DNA of 64,000 nucleotides from Thermoanaerobaculia bacterium (GCA_963664405.1 OY761158.1:5312001-5376000); one strand, 5' to 3'. Counted from the stretch's first letter, positions 1 to 9,898 are shown. Notes: a model not told the origin generated them from the sequence alone. Numbers and translations are program-made.

Positions 1-2
1 CC

Positions 3-47
3 GGGGTCGCAAGACTCCTCGAGCGTAGCCGAGCCCAGGGCGTTTGA
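3..47 (+). CDS. 3' end of an upstream gene (..GVARLLERSRAQGV*), possibly a CoxD/MoxR AAA+ ATPase
   Basis: Open frame from the window edge to TGA 45-47. Identity guessed only because CoxD usually precedes CoxE. Confidence 0.3.
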   Translation, partial: GVARLLERSRAQGV

Positions 48-92
48 TGCCGGAGGTCCAGGGCACCCCACCTCACCGCGTGCTCGTCGCAT

Positions 93-299
93 CCTACGGA
101 AGTGATCGGTATCACTTCCTCCGGATGCGGAACATGGCGCCGAGGACGGCGCATCCCGAACCCTACGGAAGTGATCGGTATCACTTCCTCCGGATGCGGA
201 ACATGGCGCCGAGGACGGCGCATCCCGAACCCTACGGAAGTGATCGGTATCACTTCCTCCGGATGCGGAACATGGCGCCGAGGACGGCGCATCCCGAAC
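93..299. repeat. 3 x 69-bp perfect tandem repeat of a REP-like two-hairpin unit
   Basis: Units start at 93, 162 and 231. Each contains GGAAGTGAT-CGGT-ATCACTTCC and TGGCGCCGAGGACGGCGCA. Confidence 0.95.
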
Positions 300-456
300 C
301 TCCGGCCATTCAGCTGCACCCCACTCACCGCCAACGTACCCCTCAGTACGCCTACGTCGCCGAGCTCCTGCGCTGCGGCGATCTGGGGCACCCTGAACGC
401 CCGGCACGAGCGATACTGTCTCGCGCTGAGATGCGAGCTATTGGAGGTCTCGAGTC

Positions 457-1647
457 TTGAGCCCGGATGCGGACTCCGGGCATCTGCTACGGAATATGGT
501 CTTGTTCGCTCGGTTGCTGCGGGCGGTAGGAGTTGGGGTGACGTCGGCGCAGGTGCAAGAGTGGGTGCGGGCATTGGCCCACATCGATCTGCGCCTTCGC
601 GGCGACTTTCGAAGCGCTGCACAGACTGTGTTGGTGACGCGCCAGGAGGATTTGGTGTGGTTCGGGACTGCTTTCGATCTCTTCTTTGTGGCCCGCGATC
701 CACGCGAGCTGGCGGAGATGGATCTTGGTCTCCTGGTCCAGCGAGTCACCCGGCGAGTGCGCCGACGGCTGGAGTCCGGCATCGGCGGCTCGGGCCGCTC
801 CGGAGAAGAGGGTGAGGAGCCGCGTACCCAGCGGGTTTACACCTGGAGCGACAACGAGGTCTTGCGGCGTAAGGATTTCGCGGACCTCGACGGGGCTGAG
901 CTGGACCAGGTCAAGGCGCTGATCCGAAAGATGAACTGGCGCCTCGATCTACGGCGCACTCGTCGACGGATACCGGCCCGCCATGGGGCGGCGGATCTTC
1001 GTCGCAGCCTGCGTCGCAGCCTCGGCAAGGGGGGAGAGATTCTGGAGCTCGCGCGCAGGGACCGTAAGGTGAAGACTCGGCCGCTCGCGGTGCTTTGCGA
1101 CATCAGCGGCTCGATGGAGCCCTACGCTCGTATTCTGCTCCAGTTCATGTACGCCGCGACTAGTGGCCTCGATAGAACTGAGGCTTTCGTGTTCGGCACC
1201 CGTCTCACTCGCATCACCGGCGAGCTGCGGCATCGGGACGTGGATGCGGCTCTGCGCGCCGTTCACCGGGAAGTCGAGGATTTCGGAGGCGGTACCCGAA
1301 TAGGTGAAGCGATCCGTAGCTTCAACTACCAATGGAGTCGCCGAGTACTGGGCCAGGGAGCTGCGGTCCTGATCATCAGCGACGGCTGGGATCGTGGCGA
1401 CCCGGAAGTGCTCGGGCGCGAGATGGGGCGGCTGCAGCGAAGCGCGCACCGAGTCATTTGGCTCAACCCCCTTCTCGGTTCACCCCGCTACGAGCCCCTG
1501 ACGCGTGGCATTCAGGCGGCGCTGCCCTATGTCGATGATTTTCTCCCAGTCCACAACTTGCAGAGTCTCGAGGAGCTTGGTCGACATCTGACGACACTCT
1601 CTCCGAGACCGGGGCGGCTCTTGAGCAAACACGTGTCCGCGGCTTAG
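457..1647 (+). CDS. coxE: VWA-domain CoxE-like protein
   Basis: MIDAS DISGSM, GGTRIG, IISDGWD and WLNPL motifs; xdhC and mocA nearby. Confidence 0.85.
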   Translation: MSPDADSGHLLRNMVLFARLLRAVGVGVTSAQVQEWVRALAHIDLRLRGDFRSAAQTVLVTRQEDLVWFGTAFDLFFVARDPRELAEMDLGLLVQRVTRRVRRRLESGIGGSGRSGEEGEEPRTQRVYTWSDNEVLRRKDFADLDGAELDQVKALIRKMNWRLDLRRTRRRIPARHGAADLRRSLRRSLGKGGEILELARRDRKVKTRPLAVLCDISGSMEPYARILLQFMYAATSGLDRTEAFVFGTRLTRITGELRHRDVDAALRAVHREVEDFGGGTRIGEAIRSFNYQWSRRVLGQGAAVLIISDGWDRGDPEVLGREMGRLQRSAHRVIWLNPLLGSPRYEPLTRGIQAALPYVDDFLPVHNLQSLEELGRHLTTLSPRPGRLLSKHVSAA

Positions 1648-1675
1648 GAGCGCGCGGCCGAAAGGACCGAAGACC

Positions 1676-2353
1676 ATGTCGGAATTTGTGAGCTACAGCC
1701 AGGAAGACGGCATTGCGACGTTGACCATGGACGACGGGAAGGCGAACGCCTTCGGCCCAGCGATGATCGCCGCCCTCGGAGAGGGTCTCGATCAGGCCGA
1801 GCGCGAAGCCAAGGTGGTGATCGTGACCGGCCGGCCCGGAGTCTTCTGCGCCGGCTTCGATCTCAACATCATTCGCGGCGACGACGAAGCGGCGAAGCAA
1901 GCCATGCGCTCGGCCGGCGAAGAGCTCGTACTGCGGATCTACTTACACCCGCAGCCGGTGATCTTGGCGAGCTCGGGGCATGCGCTGGCGGCGGGCGCGC
2001 TGTTGCTCTTGAGCGGCGATTATCGGCTCGGCGCCGAAGGTGATTTCAAGACCGGCCTCAACGAAGTAACCATCGGCCTTCCCCTACCGCCCTTCGGCCT
2101 CGAGCTCGCTCGCGACCGGCTGAGCAAGGCTGCTCTGACCCAGGCGACGCTGACTTCACGTATCTACGATCCTGAGGGTGCGGTGGAAGCCGGCTACCTC
2201 GATGCCACCGCAGCGCCGGATGCGCTGGCGGCGACGGCTGAGAATCTGGCGCGACAGATGCTGGCCCTCGACGGCGCGGCCTTCGCGGCCACCAAAGAGC
2301 GCCTGCGCCGCCAGACCTTGGATCGGATTCGAGAAGGCGTCGCGCGTCTATAG
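1676..2353 (+). CDS. Crotonase/enoyl-CoA hydratase family protein
   Basis: DDGKANA, FCAGFDL, GHALAAG and GLNEV motifs. Confidence 0.9.
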   Translation: MSEFVSYSQEDGIATLTMDDGKANAFGPAMIAALGEGLDQAEREAKVVIVTGRPGVFCAGFDLNIIRGDDEAAKQAMRSAGEELVLRIYLHPQPVILASSGHALAAGALLLLSGDYRLGAEGDFKTGLNEVTIGLPLPPFGLELARDRLSKAALTQATLTSRIYDPEGAVEAGYLDATAAPDALAATAENLARQMLALDGAAFAATKERLRRQTLDRIREGVARL

Positions 2354-2443
2354 GAGCTTGCGCGGCAGGAAACGAAACGGGGGACCAGGTGCCGCGGTTC
2401 TCGGCGACGACCCGCTCAGAGACCCGCAGAATCCGTCTGCGCC

Positions 2444-2927
2444 GTTCCCCGGAGCGAATAGGAAGTAACGCCCAAGTGCGCCGTCCTCGGCGCCAGACAG
2501 CAATGAGCCTCCGGAAGTGATACCAATCACTTCCGGAGGCGATCGGAAATGACGCGCTTGGCCTAAAGAAACTTTCAGAGTCGGTTTGAGGGGTTCCCCG
2601 GAGCGAATAGGAAGCAATGCCCGAGTGCGCCGTCCTCGGCGCCAAAGAGCAACTAGCTTTCGGAAATGACGCGCTTGGCCTAAAGAAACTTTCAGAGTCG
2701 GTTTGAGGGGTTCCCCGGAGCGAATAGGAAGCAATGCCCGAGTGCGCCGTCCTCGGCGCCAAAGAGCAACTAGTTTTCGGAAATGACGCGCTTGGCCTAA
2801 AGAAACTTTCAGGGTCGGTTTGAGGGGTTCCCCGGAGCGAATAGGAAGCAATGCCCGAGTGCGCCGTCCTCGGCGCCAAAGAGCAACTAGCTTTCGGAAA
2901 TGATACCCATCATTTTCGAAAGCTAGT
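2444..2927. repeat. REP/BIME-like cluster with 3 x 117-bp near-perfect tandem units between convergent genes
   Basis: Period 117 (2543, 2660, 2777, 2894). TGCGCCGTCCTCGGCGCCA at 2477, 2626, 2743 and 2860. Hairpins at 2507-2540 and 2886-2927. Confidence 0.95.
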
Positions 2928-4521
2928 AGGGATAGGGCATCTCGCCGACGGGGACCTCGATCAGGCTCGGCGCCTCGGTGGCGAGTGCCTCCACGAGCGC
3001 CTTCTCCAGCTCCTCGGCGGTGGTCACACGCGCGCCTCTAGCTCCGTACGCGTCGGCGAGTTTCATGAAGTCCGGGTTGCGCAACTTCGAGCCGTACACT
3101 CTGCCATCGAAGCGGTTGCTCTGGTCGCGCATGACGTTGCCGAAGGCACTGTCGTTGAAGACGATGACCACGGCGTTGATCTCATGCTGCACCGCGGTGG
3201 CAAGCTCTTGTGCGTTGTACATGAACCCGCCATCGCCGGAGATGGCGACTACGGCCGCATCGGGCCGCGCCACCTTGGCGCCGAGGGCGGTCGGGTAGGC
3301 ATAGCCCAGGTTGCCGAAATAGCCCGACGTCAAGAATGTGCCAGGCTCGTAGACCGGGAAGTAGGGGCGGCTGTAGTAGCCCACCTGGGTCATGCCGGGA
3401 ATGATCACGCCATCGTCCGGCACCGCGTTGCGAATTGCTTGTAGAAACCCGGCTAGTGGCTCCAGGTTGGCATGAGGGCTCTCGCGGCGCTCCCGTTTCA
3501 GGGCTCCGATCTCGTCGGTCCGGTCGGCTCTCGTCGCGCCGCCCGAAAGAGCGCCGTGGAGTGCTTCGAGAGTCGCCTTGGCATCACCCAGGAGCCCGAA
3601 AGTGTTGTCATAGTTGCGGCCGATCTCAGCCTCGTCCATGTCGATCTGCAGCACAGTCTGGCCGCTCAGCAGCCCCGGTACGACCAGGCGCGAGCCCACC
3701 GCTAGCACGACATCGCATTGCTCGACGAAACCGACGATCGGATCGTCGCGAAGACGCAGCGCCCCAAGGGCGAGAGCATGGCGATCGGAGATCGCTCCCT
3801 TGCCTTCAGAGGTGGTGAGGACCGGAGCCTGCAGAAGCTCGGCGAGCTGCTGAAGGGCCGCGGTGGATTTAGAGGAGATGGCGCCGCCACCGGCGAGGAT
3901 GATGGGGTTCTTGGCGTTGCCGAGAATCTCCGCTGCCTTTTCGACCTGCTCGGGGCTGGCCGGTGGCCGGATCGCTTCCGCAGGATCGAGCAGCTCGATG
4001 TCCGCTTCCTCGGCCAGAGCCTCGGGCGGGATCTCGATCTCGACCGGACGTGGCCGGCCGGTTCTGAGCTGCCTAAAAGCCTCCTGGACGTTGGCGGGGA
4101 CGTCCTTCGCCTCCAAAATGCGCGACGCCCACTTGGTGACCGGACGGATGGTGTCCATCTGATCGTTCACTTCGTGCAGCGCCCCCCGATCGACACCGAT
4201 GAGGTGGCGCTCGATTTGCCCGGAGACCACCAGGATGGGGGAAGAAGCCGAATAGGCAGTGCCGATTCCAGCCGAGGCGTTCTGTAGCCCGGGTCCCGGC
4301 ACCACCAGAGCGGTACCGATGCCGCCGCCGGCGCGCGCGTACCCGTCCGCCATGTAGGTCGTCGACTGTTCGTGGCGAGTGGTGATAAAGCGAATGTCGG
4401 ACTCGTGGTGAAGCCCGTCGAGGAGGTGATAAAGCTGCACGCCGGGCAGGCCAAAAATAACGCGTACACCTTCACGAACAAGGGACTTGGCTAGTGCCTG
4501 ACCACCGGTCATCATCGGCAT
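2923..4521 (-). CDS. ThDP-dependent enzyme, acetolactate synthase-like family
   Basis: FGLPG, RHEQ catalytic Glu, PGPG and GDGGF...FND ThDP-binding motif. Confidence 0.9.
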   Translation of the reverse strand: MPMMTGGQALAKSLVREGVRVIFGLPGVQLYHLLDGLHHESDIRFITTRHEQSTTYMADGYARAGGGIGTALVVPGPGLQNASAGIGTAYSASSPILVVSGQIERHLIGVDRGALHEVNDQMDTIRPVTKWASRILEAKDVPANVQEAFRQLRTGRPRPVEIEIPPEALAEEADIELLDPAEAIRPPASPEQVEKAAEILGNAKNPIILAGGGAISSKSTAALQQLAELLQAPVLTTSEGKGAISDRHALALGALRLRDDPIVGFVEQCDVVLAVGSRLVVPGLLSGQTVLQIDMDEAEIGRNYDNTFGLLGDAKATLEALHGALSGGATRADRTDEIGALKRERRESPHANLEPLAGFLQAIRNAVPDDGVIIPGMTQVGYYSRPYFPVYEPGTFLTSGYFGNLGYAYPTALGAKVARPDAAVVAISGDGGFMYNAQELATAVQHEINAVVIVFNDSAFGNVMRDQSNRFDGRVYGSKLRNPDFMKLADAYGARGARVTTAEELEKALVEALATEAPSLIEVPVGEMPYPY

Positions 4522-4823
4522 TCTCTACTACTCCTCATGTATTGACCTTTGAAAGTCGCGTCTCGCTTCTCCACGAGCGACTTCGCTCTTTCTTGGATGT
4601 CCTCGCTCCCCAACAGCGGCGTGAGCTCTAGATGCACGTGATCGACGTGCGGCTCCTTCTCCTCAGGCAGCGGACACTTTCACGCTGCGGAGGTGGCGGT
4701 CAAGAAAAAGGAATCCCGGCTCGGAGAAAATACGCCGGAGCCCGCCTCACGATAGGATCCCTCGATAACGTGGAAGGATGCTTTCGCGACCCTAGCGCCT
4801 CGTTTTTCCCATCAGGAGACCGA

Positions 4824-6482
4824 ATGAACGGATTTGACCTCATCGCCCGGTGCCTCAAAGCGGAAGGCGTCGAATGGATGGCCTGTTTCCCCAACAACCC
4901 ATTGATCGAGTCTTGCGCCAAGATCGACATCCGGCCCATCGTCTTCCGTCAGGAGCGTGGCGGCATCAACGCGATCGACGGTTATGCCCGGCAGACCGCC
5001 GGCAAGAAGATCGGTATCTTCGCCTCGCAATCCGGCCCCGGCGTGGAGAATTCTTTCGGCGGCATCGCGCAGGCCTGGGGCGAGGGCGTACCGATCATCT
5101 TTCTTCCCGGCGGCAGCGGTCTTCGCAGCTACGACGTCAAGCCGAATTTCTCGGCGATCAAGAATTACGGGGAAGTCACTAAGGCCGCTTTGTCGATCGA
5201 CCACCCGGGGCGAACCACGATGCAGATGCAGCGGGCCTTCCACGTCGTGCGCCAAGGTCGGCCGGGGCCGGTGCTGGTGGAGATGCACGGCGACGTTTTG
5301 CGCCACGAGGTGAAGGAGGGGGCCGAGGACGCCTATCGGGCGACCCGCTCGATCCCATACGCCCCCAGCCGAGGCGACGTCAAGGACGCGGTAAGGGCGC
5401 TCCTGTCCGCTTCAAATCCCGTGATCCTCGCCGGGCAGGGGGTGCTTTACGCCTCGGCAGCGGCCGAGCTCAAGGAGCTGGCTGAGCTATCGCAGATTCC
5501 GGTCATTACCACGATGCAGGGCAAGAGCGCTTTCCCAGACGATCACCCGCTCGCGCTCGGCTCGGCCAACCGAACAGCCCCAAAGGGCGTGTGGAAATGG
5601 CTGGGCGAGTCCGACACGGTCTTCGCCGTCGGCTCAGGGCTCACTCGCACCGTCTTCGGTATCGACGTGCCCGGCGGAAAGTTCCTCATTCATTCGACGA
5701 TCTCACCTGAAGACATCAACAAGGACTACACCGTCGATCTGGGCCTGGTGGGCGACGCGAAGCTCACTCTCGAGATGATGATCGAAGAGGTGAAGGCTGA
5801 GGTGGGAGAGAGCGGCCGACCGGTCAATCAGGCCACTGTCGACCTGATCGCCCACACCAAGGCCGCGTGGCTCGAGGAGTGGGCGCCGCTGTTGAATTCG
5901 GACGAGACGCCGATCAACCCCTATCGAGTGATCAACGAGATCAACAAGACGGTCGATCACGCCAACACCGTCATGACCCATGACGCGGGAAACCCTCGCG
6001 ACCAGATCATGCCCTTCTACAAAGCGACGGTCCCCTATGGGTACATTGGCTGGGGCAAGACCACCCATCTCGGCTACGGCATCCCGCTCGCGATGGGTGC
6101 AAAGATGGCCGATCCTTCGAAGATCTGCATGAATTTGATGGGCGACCTGGCCTTCGGTCACACCGGCATGGAGATCGAGACCGCGGTGCGCGAGGAGATC
6201 CCGATCACTACCGTCGTCATCAACAACAGAACCATGGGTGGCTACGATCACCACATGCCGGTGGCGATGGAAAAGTACGGTGCCGGGAATCAGGGTGGTG
6301 ATTATGCCGGGGTTGCCCGCGCTCTCGGCGCCGAGGCTATCGACGTCGACGAGGTGAACGGAATCGCGCCGGCCATCGAGACGGCGCAGAACCTCAACCG
6401 CGATGGCAAGGTCGTCGTGGTCGAAGTCGCTACCCGCCAGGACACCCGCTTTTCGCAATACACCGACTACTTCAAGAAGTAG
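4824..6482 (+). CDS. ThDP-requiring enzyme, acetolactate synthase-like family
   Basis: Start moved to ATG 4824 (GGAG at 4815). RQER, SGPG and variant GDLAF...INN motif. Confidence 0.88.
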   Translation: MNGFDLIARCLKAEGVEWMACFPNNPLIESCAKIDIRPIVFRQERGGINAIDGYARQTAGKKIGIFASQSGPGVENSFGGIAQAWGEGVPIIFLPGGSGLRSYDVKPNFSAIKNYGEVTKAALSIDHPGRTTMQMQRAFHVVRQGRPGPVLVEMHGDVLRHEVKEGAEDAYRATRSIPYAPSRGDVKDAVRALLSASNPVILAGQGVLYASAAAELKELAELSQIPVITTMQGKSAFPDDHPLALGSANRTAPKGVWKWLGESDTVFAVGSGLTRTVFGIDVPGGKFLIHSTISPEDINKDYTVDLGLVGDAKLTLEMMIEEVKAEVGESGRPVNQATVDLIAHTKAAWLEEWAPLLNSDETPINPYRVINEINKTVDHANTVMTHDAGNPRDQIMPFYKATVPYGYIGWGKTTHLGYGIPLAMGAKMADPSKICMNLMGDLAFGHTGMEIETAVREEIPITTVVINNRTMGGYDHHMPVAMEKYGAGNQGGDYAGVARALGAEAIDVDEVNGIAPAIETAQNLNRDGKVVVVEVATRQDTRFSQYTDYFKK

Positions 6483-6501
6483 TCGATCGAGGAGGAGTCA
6501 G

Positions 6502-6813
6502 ATGCGCGACATTCTCTCGGACATCGAGCGCTGGCAATCCGAAGGGGAGGGCGTAGCGATTGCGACTCTCATCAAGGCCACCGGGTCTTCTCCGCGACCG
6601 CTGGGCTCCAAGCTGGCGATCTCGTCCGGTGGCTCGATGGCGGGGTCGGTGAGTGGTGGCTGTGTCGAAGGAGCGGTGTTCGAGGAGGCCCAAGAGGTCC
6701 TCAGTGAAGGCACGCCGAAGCGCCTCTACTACGGCATTAGTGACGAGCAGGCATGGTCGGTCGGTCTCACCTGTGGCGGAGAGATCGAGGTTTTGGTGGA
6801 GAGGCTCGACTGA
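6502..6813 (+). CDS. XdhC/CoxI N-terminal domain protein (split XdhC, part 1)
   Basis: GGAGGAG RBS before ATG 6502; GSSPRPLG, GSVSGGCVE and GLTCGG motifs. Confidence 0.9.
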   Translation: MRDILSDIERWQSEGEGVAIATLIKATGSSPRPLGSKLAISSGGSMAGSVSGGCVEGAVFEEAQEVLSEGTPKRLYYGISDEQAWSVGLTCGGEIEVLVERLD

Positions 6814-6816
6814 GCG

Positions 6817-7548
6817 ATGGCCTCGATCTTTTCTGCCGTCCGTGACGGCATTCGCGAGGAGCGCCTGATCGGTCTTGCGACCGTGGTCAGCGGTGACGGC
6901 ATGGGGGCGAAGGCTGTCCTTGGCGCGGACGGTTCCGTCGAAGGCGATCTCGGCCTCTCGGGCGCCCTCGAGGAGAGGGTGCTGGCGCGATGCCGAAAGC
7001 TCCTCGAAGGTCAAGAGACCACCAGCTTTTCGGAGGAAAGCGACGCCACCGACGTCGAGATATTCTTCGAGTCTTTTGCACCGCCGCCCAAGCTGGTGAT
7101 CGTGGGAGCGGTGCACGTCGCGATTCCGCTGGTGAGCCTCACCAAGACGCTGGGCTTTTGCACGGTCGTTGTCGACGCCCGCTCGGTCTACGCGACCGAG
7201 CAGCGCTTTCCCCATTGTGATGAGCTGATTGTGCGTTGGCCCGCAGATGCTCTTGCCGAGATGCACCTGCACGAGGCGACCTACTGTGTCTTTCTCACCC
7301 ACGATCTCAAGCTGGACAACCCTGCGCTGGTGGTGGCGCTGCGCAGCGATGCCCGCTACATTGGCGCACTGGGGTCCAAGAAAACTCACGCCAAGAGAGT
7401 GGAGGCGCTACAAGAAGAGGGGTTGAGCGCTGAGGAGATCGCTCGCATTCATGCCCCGATCGGCATCAAGTTGGGTGGCAACCGGCCCGAAGAGATCGCG
7501 ATCTCCATTGCCGCCGAGATGGTCGCGGCTCGCTATGGTCGGGCCTGA
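6817..7548 (+). CDS. xdhC: XdhC Rossmann-domain protein (split XdhC, part 2)
   Basis: LVIVGAVH, LTHD, YIGALGS, HAPIG and PEEIAISI motifs. Confidence 0.9.
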   Translation: MASIFSAVRDGIREERLIGLATVVSGDGMGAKAVLGADGSVEGDLGLSGALEERVLARCRKLLEGQETTSFSEESDATDVEIFFESFAPPPKLVIVGAVHVAIPLVSLTKTLGFCTVVVDARSVYATEQRFPHCDELIVRWPADALAEMHLHEATYCVFLTHDLKLDNPALVVALRSDARYIGALGSKKTHAKRVEALQEEGLSAEEIARIHAPIGIKLGGNRPEEIAISIAAEMVAARYGRA

Positions 7549-8146
7549 CGGAAGTCGGCTACTCGTCTCCGTCGTCGTTCTCGCCGGGGGTAGCTCTTCT
7601 CGCTTTGCCGGGCGGCAGCCGAAGCAGCTGGTCCCTTTTGAGGGGGATCCCATGGTGCGGCGCACCACACAGGCGGCTCTGGAGTCGCTTGCCTCCGAGG
7701 TGATCGTCGTTACCGGCTTCCAGAGAAAGGCGGTGGAGGCGGCACTAGCTGGGCTCCAGTCGCGATCGGTGCACAATCCCTCGTATCGGGACGGGCTGAG
7801 CACGTCGGTCCGTGCCGGTCTCGGTGCGATCTCCGAGAGCTCCGCCGCAGCACTCTTTCTTCCCTGCGATCAGCCCTATATGGACAGTTCCACCCTCGAC
7901 ACTTTGATCCGTGAATACCGGGGCGGTGCTGGAAAGGTTCTGATCCCAGCCTTCCGCGGACGGCGCGGCGCGCCGGTCCTTTTCGATCGTTTGTATTTCG
8001 ACGAGCTCGGCGCTGTCCTCGGTGATGAAGGCGGCCGCCAGGTTTTGAAGAGGCACCCCGACGCGGTGGTCGAGGTCGAGCTGGACGAGGAGGCCCCGCT
8101 CAGCGACTTCGATACTCTCGAGGAGCTAGAGGCCTTGCTGCCGTAG
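7535..8146 (+). CDS. mocA: Molybdenum cofactor cytidylyltransferase (MocA-like)
   Basis: VLAGGSSSRF..K, CDQP, PVLF and GDEGGR motifs; xdhC context. Confidence 0.8.
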   Translation: MVGPDGSRLLVSVVVLAGGSSSRFAGRQPKQLVPFEGDPMVRRTTQAALESLASEVIVVTGFQRKAVEAALAGLQSRSVHNPSYRDGLSTSVRAGLGAISESSAAALFLPCDQPYMDSSTLDTLIREYRGGAGKVLIPAFRGRRGAPVLFDRLYFDELGAVLGDEGGRQVLKRHPDAVVEVELDEEAPLSDFDTLEELEALLP

Positions 8147-8156
8147 GTAAACTGCC

Positions 8157-9350
8157 GTGCGTCGTTCTCTGCTGCCGCTGCGTTATCGGGTCCAAAGCTA
8201 CGCCTGGGGGTCGCGGACCTTTCTCTCCAAGCTGACCGGGCGTGGGGGAGCCTCGGAGGGCCCTGAGGCGGAATTGTGGATGGGCGCCCACCCCTTGGGC
8301 GAGTCAAAGGTGCTGGTGGAGGAGGCCTGGGTGCCGATGGCCGCAGCGATCGCGAGCGATCCTGTCGGGCTCCTCGGTGCCGCCAACATGGAGCGCTACG
8401 GTGCCGTACTTCCTTATCTCTTCAAGGTCCTGGCGATTGCCGAGCCGCTTTCGTTGCAGGTGCACCCGAGTCGCGAGCAGGCAGCGGAGGGCTTTGCCGG
8501 CGAGGAATCGGCACGACTCGATCCGAGCGAGCGAAACTACAGGGACCCGCGTGGCAAGCCTGAACTGGTGGTCGCTCTCGAGCCGATGTGGGTTCTGCGC
8601 GGTTTGCTCGAGGCTGGCGAGATCCGGAAACGATTCTCGACCTTCGGTCTCGATTTTCTAGGTGAGGAGCTCAGCCTCCTCGACAGGAGCCCGGCGCCCG
8701 CTGTTTTGGGTGAGTTTGTCGGCGCGCTACTGCGGCTCGAGGGTGAAAAGAAGCGGAGGGCCCTGCAGCGACTTGGGGAGGCGGTCCAAGGGAGCGAGGC
8801 TGGGCGCGCCAGCCCAGACTACTGGGTGAAGCGCCTGCTGGATCTATATCCCGACGACCCCGGAGTGCTGGCTCCGCTCTTTCTTCAGCTTGTCGAGCTC
8901 GTACCCGGACAGGCGCTCTTTCAATCTCCTGGTGTGCTGCACACTTATCTGGAGGGTGCCGCGATAGAGGTGCTGGGAAACTCCGACAATGTTCTCCGCG
9001 CGGCTCTCACCACCAAGCGGGTCGATCTGCCGGAGCTACTGGCGGTAGCGGACACTCGGCCCGCCGATGTCGAGATCCTCGAAGCCGAGCAGACTGCTCC
9101 TGGAGTGAAGCGTTGGTCGTGTTCCGCCTCCGAGCTCGGCCTGGTCCGGCTCAGTGTCAGCGGCGCGGAGCTGAGCGGGAATACGCTACGTTTGTGTCTC
9201 TGTGTGGGGGGCGGTGGGCGACTCCGATCTTTGGAGAGTGGCGAAGAGGCGGATCTGTCTGTCGGCTCTGCGCTGGCGATCACCGCCGCAGCCGGTACTG
9301 TGCGGCTCGCCGGCGATGCAGTCGTCTTCTGTGCGACGCCGACCTGCTGA
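8157..9350 (+). CDS. manA: Mannose-6-phosphate isomerase, class I
   Basis: YAWG, ELWMGAHP, LSLQVHP, KPE, HTYLEG and NSDNVLRA motifs. Confidence 0.92.
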   Translation: MRRSLLPLRYRVQSYAWGSRTFLSKLTGRGGASEGPEAELWMGAHPLGESKVLVEEAWVPMAAAIASDPVGLLGAANMERYGAVLPYLFKVLAIAEPLSLQVHPSREQAAEGFAGEESARLDPSERNYRDPRGKPELVVALEPMWVLRGLLEAGEIRKRFSTFGLDFLGEELSLLDRSPAPAVLGEFVGALLRLEGEKKRRALQRLGEAVQGSEAGRASPDYWVKRLLDLYPDDPGVLAPLFLQLVELVPGQALFQSPGVLHTYLEGAAIEVLGNSDNVLRAALTTKRVDLPELLAVADTRPADVEILEAEQTAPGVKRWSCSASELGLVRLSVSGAELSGNTLRLCLCVGGGGRLRSLESGEEADLSVGSALAITAAAGTVRLAGDAVVFCATPTC

Positions 9351-9358
9351 GGACGACA

Positions 9359-9898
9359 CTAGCTATCTTTCTTGCTCTTGGATTTGGCACGCGATTGAAT
9401 GGCGATGCCTGCGATCAACGCCACCGTAAAGAGGCCGACGGCCTGCAGCGGTTCGAGCTCCCAATTGCCCACCAGAAGAGAGGCGCCGAGAATGGAAGAC
9501 AAGACCATCAGCGCTTCCTCGAGCAGGGCCATAGCGAGGGCTGCCGTGAGGGCTGCTCCCAGCAGGATCGCAAGCCAGTCACCGGCGCCGAAGTCGACCT
9601 GGTAGTACTGGATGGCCCAGGTCGTTACGTGGGCGCCGAACAGGAATCCAGCGATGCCGATAGCGACCTTTTGGAGGAAGATCGCCGCGACGGCGCCGGC
9701 GACTCCGACGGCGCCGGCGAGCAGCCAGAGAAGAGCGGGGGGAGATGTGTCGGCGGCGAGGCGAGAGACGAGGTTGAAGGCGAAGAGGAAGCCGAGAGTA
9801 CCCAGGAGAAGCCAGAACAGCCGGCGCCCGAAAAAAAGCAGGACGATGCCTAGCGCGAGCGGCAGCCAGTGGTCTATAGCCATGAAGGCTTCGGGCAT
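9359..9898 (-). CDS. Polytopic membrane protein (DUF4203/TMEM198-like)
   Basis: About 7 Gly-rich hydrophobic segments; LLFFGRRL and C-terminal GIAIQ motifs. Confidence 0.7.
   Translation of the reverse strand: MPEAFMAIDHWLPLALGIVLLFFGRRLFWLLLGTLGFLFAFNLVSRLAADTSPPALLWLLAGAVGVAGAVAAIFLQKVAIGIAGFLFGAHVTTWAIQYYQVDFGAGDWLAILLGAALTAALAMALLEEALMVLSSILGASLLVGNWELEPLQAVGLFTVALIAGIAIQSRAKSKSKKDS

Noticed and set aside
93-299. CRISPR array
   Set aside because: The sequences between palindromes are identical, so there are no unique spacers, and no cas genes are present.
2543-2893. CRISPR array, or real proteins from ORFs 2058-2879 and 2348-2851
   Set aside because: Whole 117-bp units repeat almost perfectly. 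The ORFs are translations of the repeat and overlap the crotonase antisense.
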